A stretch of 64,000 nucleotides of DNA from an uncultured Pelagibacteraceae bacterium (lineage in GTDB: Bacteria; Pseudomonadota; Alphaproteobacteria; Pelagibacterales; Pelagibacteraceae), in contig CACMDE010000002.1 of NCBI GenBank assembly GCA_902612345.1, positions 96,769 to 160,768 on the forward strand, given 5' to 3'. Within the stretch, counting starts at the first letter, position 1. The number at the start of each line of letters is the position of its first letter. Of this stretch, positions 40,642-50,146 are shown piece after piece. The position numbers and the translations under genes are program-made. The notes beneath the pieces are model-generated. The model made no database searches. It saw only the letters and a list, made by a program, of their open reading frames with translations, and had not been told where the DNA came from.

Positions 40642-41490
40642 ATGGAAATTGTTACAAAAATAGCACCAATTGCACTTGCATTGATTATGTTAGGTCTAGG
40701 ACTTGGACTTACAGTGCAAGATTTTACTAGAGTTATAAGAACACCTAAAGACTTTTTGGTAGGATTAATATCTCAACTTATAATTTTACCAATAGTTGCT
40801 TTTATATTAATTAAGTTTTTAGGTACTGCTCCAGAAATTGCACTTGGAGTGATGATTATTGCTGCCGCTCCAGGAGGAATTACCTCTAATATTCTTACTA
40901 AATTTGCAAATGGAGATGTTGCACTATCAATTTCATTAACAGCTATAATAAGTATAGTTAGTATAATTACAGTGCCATTAATTGTATTTACTTCTGCAGA
41001 TCTTTTGGGAATAACCTTCGTGTCAGACAAAATAAATATTACAGGAACAGCATTAAAAATGGCACTAGTTGTTGCATTACCAGTATTTGTTGGAATGATA
41101 ATAAGAAGATTCGCTGATAATTTTATTTCTTCAAGAACATCAATTATTAACAAGATTACTGGTTTTTTATTTTTAATAGTATTTATTGCTATTTGGATCG
41201 AGGAAAGAGACAATATTTTAAATTATCTTACACAAGCAGGATTAGTAGTCTTGAATTTAAATATTGTAATGATGGCAATTGCATACTTTCTTGCTAAAAA
41301 ATTTGCAACAGGAATCCAGCAAGTAAAATGTATATCTTTAGAATGTGGACTTCAAAATGGAACCTTAGCAGTTTTTGTAGCTACAGAAATTTCTAATGAA
41401 GTTGTTTATATGATCCCTACAGCAGCCTATGCACTAATAATGTATATAACAGGGTTTTTGTTTATTTGGTTTTTGAAAAATTCGACTTAA
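40642..41490 (+). CDS. Bile acid:sodium symporter (BASS) family transporter
   Basis: IMLGLGLGL, APGGITSN, GDVALSISLT, ECGLQNG. Confidence 0.9.
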   Translation: MEIVTKIAPIALALIMLGLGLGLTVQDFTRVIRTPKDFLVGLISQLIILPIVAFILIKFLGTAPEIALGVMIIAAAPGGITSNILTKFANGDVALSISLTAIISIVSIITVPLIVFTSADLLGITFVSDKINITGTALKMALVVALPVFVGMIIRRFADNFISSRTSIINKITGFLFLIVFIAIWIEERDNILNYLTQAGLVVLNLNIVMMAIAYFLAKKFATGIQQVKCISLECGLQNGTLAVFVATEISNEVVYMIPTAAYALIMYITGFLFIWFLKNST

Positions 41491-42448
41491 GAATTATTTG
41501 ATTAAATATTTTTGCAGTAAAATCGCTAAATTCATTTAAAGAATTGTTCTGTATATTGTACATTTCTACTTTATAGGTACCTTGATCACCAGGATGAACT
41601 AATTTATTTTTATCCATATACAAATGCTTATTTAAAAGTAAAGGTTTAAGCTTTCTTGTAACAGTAGGCCTTGGAATTCCAGTGATATCAGAAAGAGACA
41701 TTGTATTTATTCCTTGTGTTTCCAGTTTTTCAATATCTAAACGCCAACTAGAAATATCTACTTTAGGAGTCTTTTTTTCTAATCTCATTTTATTAGCTCT
41801 ATGAAGCATTGGTATGCACCATATAATAAATTTTTCAGTATCATTATTAAAAAATTTTTTCCAATTATATAACCAATTAAAAATAAACTTATAATAATGA
41901 TACCACGTATATGTTAAATTCGACTTCATTGCATTCGTAATTGCTTCTTTTTCAATATCTTGATTAATAATATTATTTTTTCTACAAATTTTATAAATTA
42001 TATAAAAAACATTAGTTAAATTTTTCATAGTATTAATTGGTTCTACTAGTTTAATAGCAGTTTTATCTATCATTAAATGTTTACCTTTTTTTTTAATGAC
42101 ACCTATTTTTTCAAGTTCAGCCACCTTACGTCTAGTTGTTTCTTTTGGAATATCGAGTGCTTTTGCTATTTCAACAATATTTATTTTTTCAATATCAAAG
42201 TGATCGGTTTTATAAAATGTATCATAACTTACTTTTATAAAGTTATCATAATAGAATGTTACAGTTTTTCTAAACAAGTAACCCAAAATGATATATTTGT
42301 CCGCATCGTTAAAAGCTTTGTATGTTCCAGTTATCCATTCACTAAGAAATGACATATATTCAGGTGCAAAATCTAAGTAATTCTGAGATATTATTATTTT
42401 TAAATTAGCTTTATCTACTACAGAATTTATATTTGGTATTTGAGACAA
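41462..42448 (-). CDS. Putative regulator with two winged-HTH-like repeats
   Basis: INIVEIAKALDIPKETTRRKVAELEKIG and GINTMSLSDITGIPRPTVTRKL; TTG start after an AGGAGGGG SD. Confidence 0.7.
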   Translation of the reverse strand: MSQIPNINSVVDKANLKIIISQNYLDFAPEYMSFLSEWITGTYKAFNDADKYIILGYLFRKTVTFYYDNFIKVSYDTFYKTDHFDIEKINIVEIAKALDIPKETTRRKVAELEKIGVIKKKGKHLMIDKTAIKLVEPINTMKNLTNVFYIIYKICRKNNIINQDIEKEAITNAMKSNLTYTWYHYYKFIFNWLYNWKKFFNNDTEKFIIWCIPMLHRANKMRLEKKTPKVDISSWRLDIEKLETQGINTMSLSDITGIPRPTVTRKLKPLLLNKHLYMDKNKLVHPGDQGTYKVEMYNIQNNSLNEFSDFTAKIFNQIILKSNFSKTK

Positions 42449-42458
42449 TCCCCCTCCT

Positions 42459-42501
42459 AACCCATTTTGGTCTAAGCTAAATAATAAGTCAACCCATTTT
42501 G
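42459..42501. repeat. Perfect 11-bp direct repeat AACCCATTTTG, two copies 32 bp apart, in a divergent promoter
   Basis: Copies at 42459-42469 and 42491-42501. Confidence 0.65.
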
Positions 42502-42557
42502 AACATCAGTAATTCTTAACAATTGAGCAATTATATGATTAAATTTAAAATATAAAA

Positions 42558-42770
42558 ATGAGTATTGAATCTTTAAATAGAACATCTGTGATTTCTGAAG
42601 TTTATCCAGAAAAAATTTCTGCTAAAAAAGACTTGTCCCCAAATAAAGTAAATATAGATGTTCTTAAGAAAAGAGTGTTAGAGGAGAAGAAAAAAGAAAG
42701 ATTTCAAAGCAGGATTTTAATGGGAATGTTTTGTCTTTCGCTTGCAATTCTGGGGTATATCGTTGTTTAA
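42558..42770 (+). CDS. Small protein with C-terminal TM helix
   Basis: 70 aa; charged helix VNIDVLKKRVLEEKKKER followed by a hydrophobic tail. Confidence 0.75.
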   Translation: MSIESLNRTSVISEVYPEKISAKKDLSPNKVNIDVLKKRVLEEKKKERFQSRILMGMFCLSLAILGYIVV

Positions 42771-42855
42771 CAAAAAACATTATAAACCGTTAAATATATT
42801 ATTTCTGACTTTATCGATTGCAACTCTTGCTTGGCTAAGTTCAGCTTTTATCTAA
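42763..42855 (+). CDS. Putative 30-aa single-TM micropeptide (not in ORF track)
   Basis: TTG start overlapping the upstream stop, GGGG SD-like sequence upstream; MFNKKHYKPLNILFLTLSIATLAWLSSAFI. Confidence 0.4.
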   Translation: MFNKKHYKPLNILFLTLSIATLAWLSSAFI

Positions 42856-43848
42856 TAGATATATTTCATCTAATATTTTTGTAGGAATATTAATTTCTTT
42901 CTTTGAATTATACTTAAACCTCATTACTTTTTTTTCTCCAGGGTAGTATATATTTTTAATTCCTTTGAGTTTAGGTAATTTTTTAACATTTTTAATATTT
43001 TCTTTTATACGTTCCACATAATTTTTTATAAATAAATTGGATTTAAAAGTAAAAAAAAGATGACCAATGTTTTGTGGGCCAGTAAAGTCATCAAATGGAT
43101 CTTTTACTTTTCCACCATGATTTCCTCCAGTTATAACACCTGATAAAATATCAATCATCCAAGCTAGGCCTGATCCCTTAAATCCAGCAATAGGAAGTTG
43201 TAAACCTTTCAAAGCTTTTATTGGATCAGTTGTTGGTTTTCCATTTTTATCTAAGGCAACACCTAAAGGAATTTTTTTTTTAAGTTTTTCTGCAACTCTA
43301 ATTTTACCTCTATTAATCATAGAAATTGATGCATCTAAAACAAATGGTATCTTTGTATGTGTAGGTGCAGCAAAGCAAATTGGATTTGTCCCAAATAAAG
43401 TTTTTTTTGAACCATAAGGCGCTACTGCTGGAGGTGCATTAGTAAAACAAAAAGCTATTAATCCATTTTTTGCAGCTCTTTCAGCATAGTATCCAGATAA
43501 TCCATAATGACCACTATTTTTTACCGCAACTAATCCTAAACCTGTTTTTTTAGCATTTTGTATTGCATAATTAATACCAAGATCCGCGCCTATAAAACCT
43601 ACTGCATTGTCTGCATCAATATTAGTTATTGATGATGAAGTTTTTTTAATTCTAATTTTTGGTTTTGGATTTATTACTTTTTTATTTATTCTTTTACAAT
43701 AAGAAGCTAGTCTTGCCACTCCATGTGATTTAGCACCAACTAATTCTGCATTGATTATTGCATCTGCACAAATTATTGCATGTTTTTTTATTAATCCATG
43801 TTTTTTAAAAATATTAATAATTAAATTTTTTAAGATATTTTTTTTCAT
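42841..43848 (-). CDS. Ldh_2 family oxidoreductase (ComC/(R)-sulfolactate dehydrogenase-like)
   Basis: SHGVARL, NSGHYG, GTNPICFAAP, GFKGSGLA, YYPGE. Confidence 0.82.
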   Translation of the reverse strand: MKKNILKNLIINIFKKHGLIKKHAIICADAIINAELVGAKSHGVARLASYCKRINKKVINPKPKIRIKKTSSSITNIDADNAVGFIGADLGINYAIQNAKKTGLGLVAVKNSGHYGLSGYYAERAAKNGLIAFCFTNAPPAVAPYGSKKTLFGTNPICFAAPTHTKIPFVLDASISMINRGKIRVAEKLKKKIPLGVALDKNGKPTTDPIKALKGLQLPIAGFKGSGLAWMIDILSGVITGGNHGGKVKDPFDDFTGPQNIGHLFFTFKSNLFIKNYVERIKENIKNVKKLPKLKGIKNIYYPGEKKVMRFKYNSKKEINIPTKILDEIYLLDKS

Positions 43849-44894
43849 TTAAAATTATTAATTAACTCTTCAATAATTTTTTTTGTATTATATTTTTGCT
43901 TCCATTTAGGATAATGATTTTTAAACTTATCTAAATTTGATATATACCAAATATGATCACCAACTCTCGGTGTTTTAATTATTTTTCTTTTAATATTTAT
44001 TTTACACAATTTTTCTACCATATCTAAAGCTTCTAAAATTGAACAGTTTGAAAATCTTCCCCCTCCCATATTATATACTTCGCCATATCTTGGTTTTTTG
44101 TAAAATTCCCAGAAGCAGTTAACAAGATCTTCGCTGTGTAAATTATCGCGAACTTGCTTTCCTTTATAACCAATCATTATATATTTCTTTTTTAATAAAC
44201 TTGTTTTTACCAAGTATGATAAAAAACCATGAAGTTTTGCACCACTATGATTTGGACCTGTTATACATCCTCCTCTAAAACATACAGTTTTTAATCCAAC
44301 ATTTTTACCATACTCTTGAACTATTAAATCTGCATATGTTTTAGAAACACCAAAAAAACTATGTGTTGAATTATCTATAGAAAAATCCTCATCAATCCCC
44401 TTAAAATTTTTATCTTTATTTTTTAATTCCCATCTTGTTCTATTTTCATAAATTTGAAGTTTATTTGGACTGTCCCCGTAAACTTTATTTGTTGACATAA
44501 AAATAAACGGTGCGTTTGGACAAAATTTCTTGGTCAATTCTAAAAGGTTCAATGTTCCGGTGGCATTAACATGAAAATCCAGAAATGGAAATTTTTTACC
44601 ATAATCATGCGATGGTTGAGCAGCACAATGAATTATCAGAGAGATTTTATTTTTGTTTTTTTTAAATATTTTTTCTAATCCTTCATAGTTTCTAATATCA
44701 ATACTAAAATGTCTAAAGTTTTTATTTCTTTTTTTTAAGTTATTTTTTATCCAAACAGTTGAACCATCATTCCCAAAAAAAAATTTTCTTAAATTATTAT
44801 CTATTCCAATTACATCAAAACCTTTATCAGAAAAAAAATTTACAGATTCTGATCCAACTAAACCACTTGATCCTGTTATAATTGCTAAAGGCAT
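43845..44894 (-). CDS. NAD-dependent nucleotide-sugar epimerase (CDP-paratose 2-epimerase-like); catalytic Tyr replaced by Phe
   Basis: TGSSGLVG, HCAAQPSHD, STNKVYGD, SFFGVSK, GKQVRDNLH. Confidence 0.85.
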   Translation of the reverse strand: MPLAIITGSSGLVGSESVNFFSDKGFDVIGIDNNLRKFFFGNDGSTVWIKNNLKKRNKNFRHFSIDIRNYEGLEKIFKKNKNKISLIIHCAAQPSHDYGKKFPFLDFHVNATGTLNLLELTKKFCPNAPFIFMSTNKVYGDSPNKLQIYENRTRWELKNKDKNFKGIDEDFSIDNSTHSFFGVSKTYADLIVQEYGKNVGLKTVCFRGGCITGPNHSGAKLHGFLSYLVKTSLLKKKYIMIGYKGKQVRDNLHSEDLVNCFWEFYKKPRYGEVYNMGGGRFSNCSILEALDMVEKLCKINIKRKIIKTPRVGDHIWYISNLDKFKNHYPKWKQKYNTKKIIEELINNFK

Positions 44895-45916
44895 TAGAAG
44901 TACTTTTTTATATTATTTTTATTTTTTGATAACCAGCCATATATATCTTCTACTATTTTACGTATATTTTTTTTAACTTTCCATCCATAAATTTTTGAAA
45001 CTTTGGAGTTATCAGTTACAAAATATGGAATATCATAATTAGAGGTTCTAGAAATTTTACCTATTTTAATTTTATTCCCTGTAATTTTTTCACATATTTT
45101 AGTGAGTTCTTTAAGTGACGTTTTAGAATAATTAGAACCACCAACCGTAAAGGTCAAATTATTCACTTTAAATATTTTATTAATTTGTAGATAAATTAAT
45201 TCACATAAATCATTAATATGAAGCACATCTCTAAGCTGATGCCCATAACCACCATAACCAATATAATTTAATTTTAAATTATTTAAATGCTTCCAAACCC
45301 ACAAGCTTACAAAACCTTGGTCTTGTTTGCCGAATTGTAGAGGACCAGATATAACTCCGCATCTATTAATTATATATTTAATATCATACTGATAAGAAAA
45401 TTCTTCAATTAGCATTTCTGAAGATAATTTAGTAAAACCATAAATTGATTTTGGACCGATTGTACTACTATTTTCATTTATCTTATTTTTAATTAAAATT
45501 TTTTTTTTTATATTTTTATTTTTAATGAGATTATTAAGCATGTTTAATGGATAAACTCTGCTACTAGAAAGAAAGATTATTTTTGATTTATCTTTTTTTG
45601 CTTTTTTTAAAATATTATACGTTCCAACCAAATTTGTATTAAAAACCTTATCTGTATTTTTTTTTGAAACTTCAACGGCTGCTTCTGCGCAGCAATCAAT
45701 AATTAAATCAAATTTAGGTAAAGATTTATATTTTTTAAAATTGGATATTTCAATTTTGTAATTCTTGATTTTTTTCTTTTTTAACAAACTCAAATTATAT
45801 CGTGATCCTTTTCGCGATAAATTATCTAAACTAGAAACTTTGTATTCTTTATTAATTAGATACAAACAAACATTTGTTCCAACAAAACCACAACCACCTG
45901 TAACTAGTATATTCAT
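44894..45916 (-). CDS. NAD-dependent nucleotide-sugar epimerase/dehydratase
   Basis: TGGCGFVG, SSSRVY, YGFTK, NRCGVISGP, QLRDVLH. Confidence 0.88.
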   Translation of the reverse strand: MNILVTGGCGFVGTNVCLYLINKEYKVSSLDNLSRKGSRYNLSLLKKKKIKNYKIEISNFKKYKSLPKFDLIIDCCAEAAVEVSKKNTDKVFNTNLVGTYNILKKAKKDKSKIIFLSSSRVYPLNMLNNLIKNKNIKKKILIKNKINENSSTIGPKSIYGFTKLSSEMLIEEFSYQYDIKYIINRCGVISGPLQFGKQDQGFVSLWVWKHLNNLKLNYIGYGGYGHQLRDVLHINDLCELIYLQINKIFKVNNLTFTVGGSNYSKTSLKELTKICEKITGNKIKIGKISRTSNYDIPYFVTDNSKVSKIYGWKVKKNIRKIVEDIYGWLSKNKNNIKKYF

Positions 45917-45977
45917 ATATTGTTATGTAATTTATAAATTATTTAAATCTTATATAAGAAAGTGTAAAGATATTTAT

Positions 45978-47354
45978 ATGCATTATAATTTAAAAACTTT
46001 ATCAAAAAAAAATTTATTTTTAATTTCCCTTGTAATAATTGGAGTATTGATAAAATTTTATAGCTTTAATAATGAGGACTTGTGGTGGGATGAGCTTTTA
46101 TCTTTTTGGGTTTCTGATCCAAGCTATACTTTTTTTGAAACATTTAAAAGAAACCTAGAAGTAAATGATGGTTCACAATTAATATTTACATATTTGCTAA
46201 AAGTTTATTTTGCTATTTTTGGTTATGATCCAAATATATCAAGGTTATTAACTATTTTCTTTGGAATATTATCAATACCTTGCCTTTTTATTTTAACTAA
46301 TAAGCTCAAAATAAAAAATACACTTCCTCTTCTTCTTTTTCTTTTCTTGTTCAATAGCTATTTATTAAGTTATGATCATGAATTACGATCTTATTCTTTT
46401 GCGATATTTATTTCTCTGTTAAACTTTATTTTTTTTATCAATTTAATTAATAAAAAAAGAAATATTGATTTTATATTAGTTTCATTAATAAATTTGATTG
46501 GAGTGTTGAATCATACTTTTTTTATTTTAATTTCATTTTCCCAATTTATTTTTTTAATTATTAACAATAGATTTGATAAAATATTTATAAAATATATTTT
46601 ATTTCATATTTTTGTTATTTTTATATTTTATGTTATTTCAAAAGAGTCTTTGTCTACACAAATTAATATAGATGAATTTTGGATACCAAGTGTCAGTTTG
46701 GGATTTCTTGTTGACTTTTTCTTTTCAAGATTTTTCTCGTCAAAGATTTTAGGTTCTATATATTTAATAACTTTTATATATCTAATTTATAAAAATAAAA
46801 AATTATTTTTTAAATATAATTCATTTTATTTTTATTTATTAATACTTATATCTACTTCTTATTTCATACCTTATGTGTATGGTTTAATTAAAATTCCAGT
46901 ACTTACTGATAGATATATATTATTTATTATTGTTCCAATTTTAATATTAATATCTTCAGGTATAAATAATTTAAATAATAAAAAACTACAAAATATAATT
47001 ATTATTGTTATTGCACTTTCAACTTTCTCAGACACATTATTTAGAATATTTAAAAATGATATAACTAAGCCCGAATTTAAAAAAGCTATTAATTATATAG
47101 AAAATAGTTCGACTAATATAATTTTAATTAATAATGAACATAATTTTAAAATTATTCAAAATTACCTTATAAAATTAAACCCAAGTCTAAATATTGTAAA
47201 TAAAATCACTGCTAATGAAAAAAAATTATGGAAATTATGTTATTTACCATCCACTAGTTTTTCTTGCGATATTCAAGAGGATGAAAACAAATTACTTCAA
47301 TTGAAAACTGAGGATTTTAACTTGATTGTAATAAAATTATATAGAAATATGTAA
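45978..47354 (+). CDS. GT-C fold membrane glycosyltransferase (ArnT/PMT-like)
   Basis: LWWDE in the first loop, ELRSYS, RYILF, many TM segments. Start moved to ATG 45978 to remove the overlap with the divergent gene. Confidence 0.75.
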   Translation: MHYNLKTLSKKNLFLISLVIIGVLIKFYSFNNEDLWWDELLSFWVSDPSYTFFETFKRNLEVNDGSQLIFTYLLKVYFAIFGYDPNISRLLTIFFGILSIPCLFILTNKLKIKNTLPLLLFLFLFNSYLLSYDHELRSYSFAIFISLLNFIFFINLINKKRNIDFILVSLINLIGVLNHTFFILISFSQFIFLIINNRFDKIFIKYILFHIFVIFIFYVISKESLSTQINIDEFWIPSVSLGFLVDFFFSRFFSSKILGSIYLITFIYLIYKNKKLFFKYNSFYFYLLILISTSYFIPYVYGLIKIPVLTDRYILFIIVPILILISSGINNLNNKKLQNIIIIVIALSTFSDTLFRIFKNDITKPEFKKAINYIENSSTNIILINNEHNFKIIQNYLIKLNPSLNIVNKITANEKKLWKLCYLPSTSFSCDIQEDENKLLQLKTEDFNLIVIKLYRNM

Positions 47355-47359
47355 GTTAA

Positions 47360-48085
47360 TTATTTGTTATTTTTTTTATTTAGTAAAATTCTTTCAAGTA
47401 AACAATATAACAAAGTAAACATATACATTGATCCCAATTCATTTACTTTAAATTTAGAATAACCTTTTTTTCTATTTGTCCATTTTATTGGAATTATTTT
47501 AAATTTATGTTTTCTATTTATTATTTTAAGAGGAAGTTCTAGAAATATATTAAAGTGCTCAGATACTAAGGGAAATAAACTGACTAAAGTTTTTCTTTTG
47601 TAAATCTTAAAAGCATTTGTAAAGTCATTATATTTTGAAAAAAAAACTATTCTCACAATATTATTAAAAATTCTATTAAGAATTAATTTAAATGTTGGAT
47701 AGTTTTTAACCATCGATTCATTTGAAAATCTTGTTCCAAAGATAGCATCTAAATTTGAGTTATTTATTTTTGAGTAATATTTTATTAAATCATTTATATC
47801 ATCAGACATATCAGCCATAAAAATTGCTATATAATTATGTTGAGATTTCAATATTCCAGTTGAAATTGCGCCACCTAAACCTTTCTTTTTATTTTTTATT
47901 AATTTTATATGTTTTTTCTTTGAAGAAATTTTATTAATTATTTCTATTGAATTATCTGTACTGAAATCATCTACTAAAATTATTTCAAATTTTTTTATTT
48001 TAGATTTAATTTTATTTAATTTATTTAAAGTATATGATATTTGTGAGCTTTCGTTATGTACTGGTATTACTAATGATAGACTCAT
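47360..48085 (-). CDS. GT2 glycosyltransferase (polyprenol-phosphate glycosyltransferase-like)
   Basis: VIPVHNE, VDDFSTD, MADMSD, GTRF, DFTNAFKIY. Confidence 0.88.
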   Translation of the reverse strand: MSLSLVIPVHNESSQISYTLNKLNKIKSKIKKFEIILVDDFSTDNSIEIINKISSKKKHIKLIKNKKKGLGGAISTGILKSQHNYIAIFMADMSDDINDLIKYYSKINNSNLDAIFGTRFSNESMVKNYPTFKLILNRIFNNIVRIVFFSKYNDFTNAFKIYKRKTLVSLFPLVSEHFNIFLELPLKIINRKHKFKIIPIKWTNRKKGYSKFKVNELGSMYMFTLLYCLLERILLNKKNNK

Positions 48086-48103
48086 AAGTGGATTATATAA
48101 TAT

Positions 48104-49921
48104 ATGTCATTTATTAAAAAAAACCTATTTCTCTACGCTTTACTTTTTTTTTCAATATATATAACTACCTTTTTTTGGAAATTTTTACATATTCCTTATA
48201 ACTCAGACATTGTAGGAGAATATTCAATAAATAACTACAACGCTATTAACGATATTTTAAAGTATTTATTTTTTATTCTATTCCCGTTGAGTGTATATGT
48301 TTTAAGCAGAAGAATAATATTTAATGATGAAATATTAAAAAACCTTAAAAATTTAAAAATAGAAAAACAATCGAAAGAATTTACTAATAATTTAAATTAT
48401 TTTTTTTTTATTTTAATTCTTTCATTAATTTTTGTTTTAGATTTTATTTCAATTTCTTGGATAACTAGTAAAATTGACATTTTTCATGCTGGTCAGAAAT
48501 TATATCCAGCATTTAAGTATATAACTGATAAAAGTATCTGGTCTGAAACATATATAATAGTAGGTGCATTTTATGAAGTTTTTTTAACAGTTATTTCTTG
48601 GAAATTATTAGGAGCAGAAACAATAGGCGCATCAATTGTTGGTGAATTATTTTTAGTACTTATAACAAAAATATTATTAATATTTTTAATTTATCAAGTT
48701 TCAAAATTAACTAATTTTAAATTTAGTTTAAAAATTTTGTATTTTTTTACGTTATCTTTTTTTTCGATTTATTTGATTGATTTTAATATTTACTCGGGTG
48801 ACTTAATTTCATGGCGAGATTTACCAATTTTACTTACTTTGTTTTTATTTTTTTTAATTTTAAATGACTCTAATAACAAAAATTTTATTTCTTTCATAAT
48901 TGGGATGGTTTCTATTGCAGTATTTTTATGGAGTATTGATCGGGCTATAATTAATACAGCTCTTTTATTGTTTATCTGTCTATTTTTCGTTCAAAATAAA
49001 CTTTTTAAAGAATTAATTTATTTGTTTGTCTCAATTATTTCTTCTATTTTTTTTATTTATTTTTCTTTAGATAAAGAGTTTTATTATTTTATTGAAAATA
49101 CATTTTTAATTTTAAAAGAGATAAATAATATACATGGATTAATACATCCTTTGCCATTTTCAGATGATCCAAATGCATCAAGAGCAACCAAAACCTTATT
49201 ATTTATTTTGTCTAGTCTTATTATTTCATTCAATTTAATTTTAAATATTAGATCTAATGTTAATAATAATTTTAAAATTTTACTTTTAACTATTTCAATT
49301 TTATCTTTTTTTACTTATATCCACGCAATTGGAAGATCCGATGGTGGGCACATCAAACAAGCATTTGGATTTCCAATTATATTTTTTACGATTCTCATTG
49401 TTTATTATTTATTTAATTACTTAAATAAATTGCTTAATTTAGAAAGTTTAATTGAACATAGGTTAAAATATGTATTATTTTTCTTTTCTATAATATTTTT
49501 ATTTAATTCTAATTTTGACGTTAAAAAAATTTTAAATTTTAACAATAGTTTTAATGAGTTTGTGACAAAAGAAGATAAGCATTTTATATCAAATGAGGAT
49601 TACGAATTTATTCTAGAAGTAAATAAAATAATAGACGAGGAAAAATGTATACAATTATATACAAATGACTCAATTTTGCTTTATCTTTTGAAAAAAACAA
49701 GTTGTTCAAAATATTATTGGCCATGGTCATACGGATCCAGTAAAACACAGGAATTTTTAATTAATAATTTAAATGACTCTAAGTTTATAATTACTAATGG
49801 ATACTCTGATAACTGGGGAACTCCATTTAATAAAAAATTTATTATCCTTGATCCTTATATAAAAACAAACTTTTCGTATGTGAAAACAATTAGCAACAGA
49901 GCGATTAGATATAAAAATTAA
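48104..49921 (+). CDS. Polytopic membrane protein, possibly GT-C-like
   Basis: More than 10 TM segments; DIFHAG, WSIDRA, GRSDGGH motifs; lies in the glycosylation cassette. Confidence 0.6.
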   Translation: MSFIKKNLFLYALLFFSIYITTFFWKFLHIPYNSDIVGEYSINNYNAINDILKYLFFILFPLSVYVLSRRIIFNDEILKNLKNLKIEKQSKEFTNNLNYFFFILILSLIFVLDFISISWITSKIDIFHAGQKLYPAFKYITDKSIWSETYIIVGAFYEVFLTVISWKLLGAETIGASIVGELFLVLITKILLIFLIYQVSKLTNFKFSLKILYFFTLSFFSIYLIDFNIYSGDLISWRDLPILLTLFLFFLILNDSNNKNFISFIIGMVSIAVFLWSIDRAIINTALLLFICLFFVQNKLFKELIYLFVSIISSIFFIYFSLDKEFYYFIENTFLILKEINNIHGLIHPLPFSDDPNASRATKTLLFILSSLIISFNLILNIRSNVNNNFKILLLTISILSFFTYIHAIGRSDGGHIKQAFGFPIIFFTILIVYYLFNYLNKLLNLESLIEHRLKYVLFFFSIIFLFNSNFDVKKILNFNNSFNEFVTKEDKHFISNEDYEFILEVNKIIDEEKCIQLYTNDSILLYLLKKTSCSKYYWPWSYGSSKTQEFLINNLNDSKFIITNGYSDNWGTPFNKKFIILDPYIKTNFSYVKTISNRAIRYKN

Positions 49922-50146
49922 TTAAAACCACCTAATCATTCCTATTACACCAGCTGATGCATAGAATAATTGCAATAACAGTATTCCGTTATGTTTACCA
50001 ATAAAAGCCCATAGTCCAATTAAGATTGCTGATATTAGTAATAATGTAAAACCAAAAAATTCTGCACCTATATTTAATGCAACTAATAAAGAATAAATAA
50101 TTGCACTTATCACTCCAGACCATTCTAAAATTTTTTCTTTTTTCAT
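49922..50146 (-). CDS. Small hydrophobic membrane protein
   Basis: 74 aa from ATG 50146, overlapping the tauC stop; about three TM segments. Confidence 0.7.
   Translation of the reverse strand: MKKEKILEWSGVISAIIYSLLVALNIGAEFFGFTLLLISAILIGLWAFIGKHNGILLLQLFYASAGVIGMIRWF

Noticed and set aside
42771-42852. Minus-strand frame IKAELSQARVAIDKVRNNIFNGL as a gene remnant
   Set aside because: No start codon (a stop precedes it); the plus-strand TM micropeptide explains the interval better.
45765-45977. N-terminal extension of the GT-C ORF given in the track
   Set aside because: It overlaps the divergent epimerase gene head-to-head; ATG 45978 is the more plausible start.
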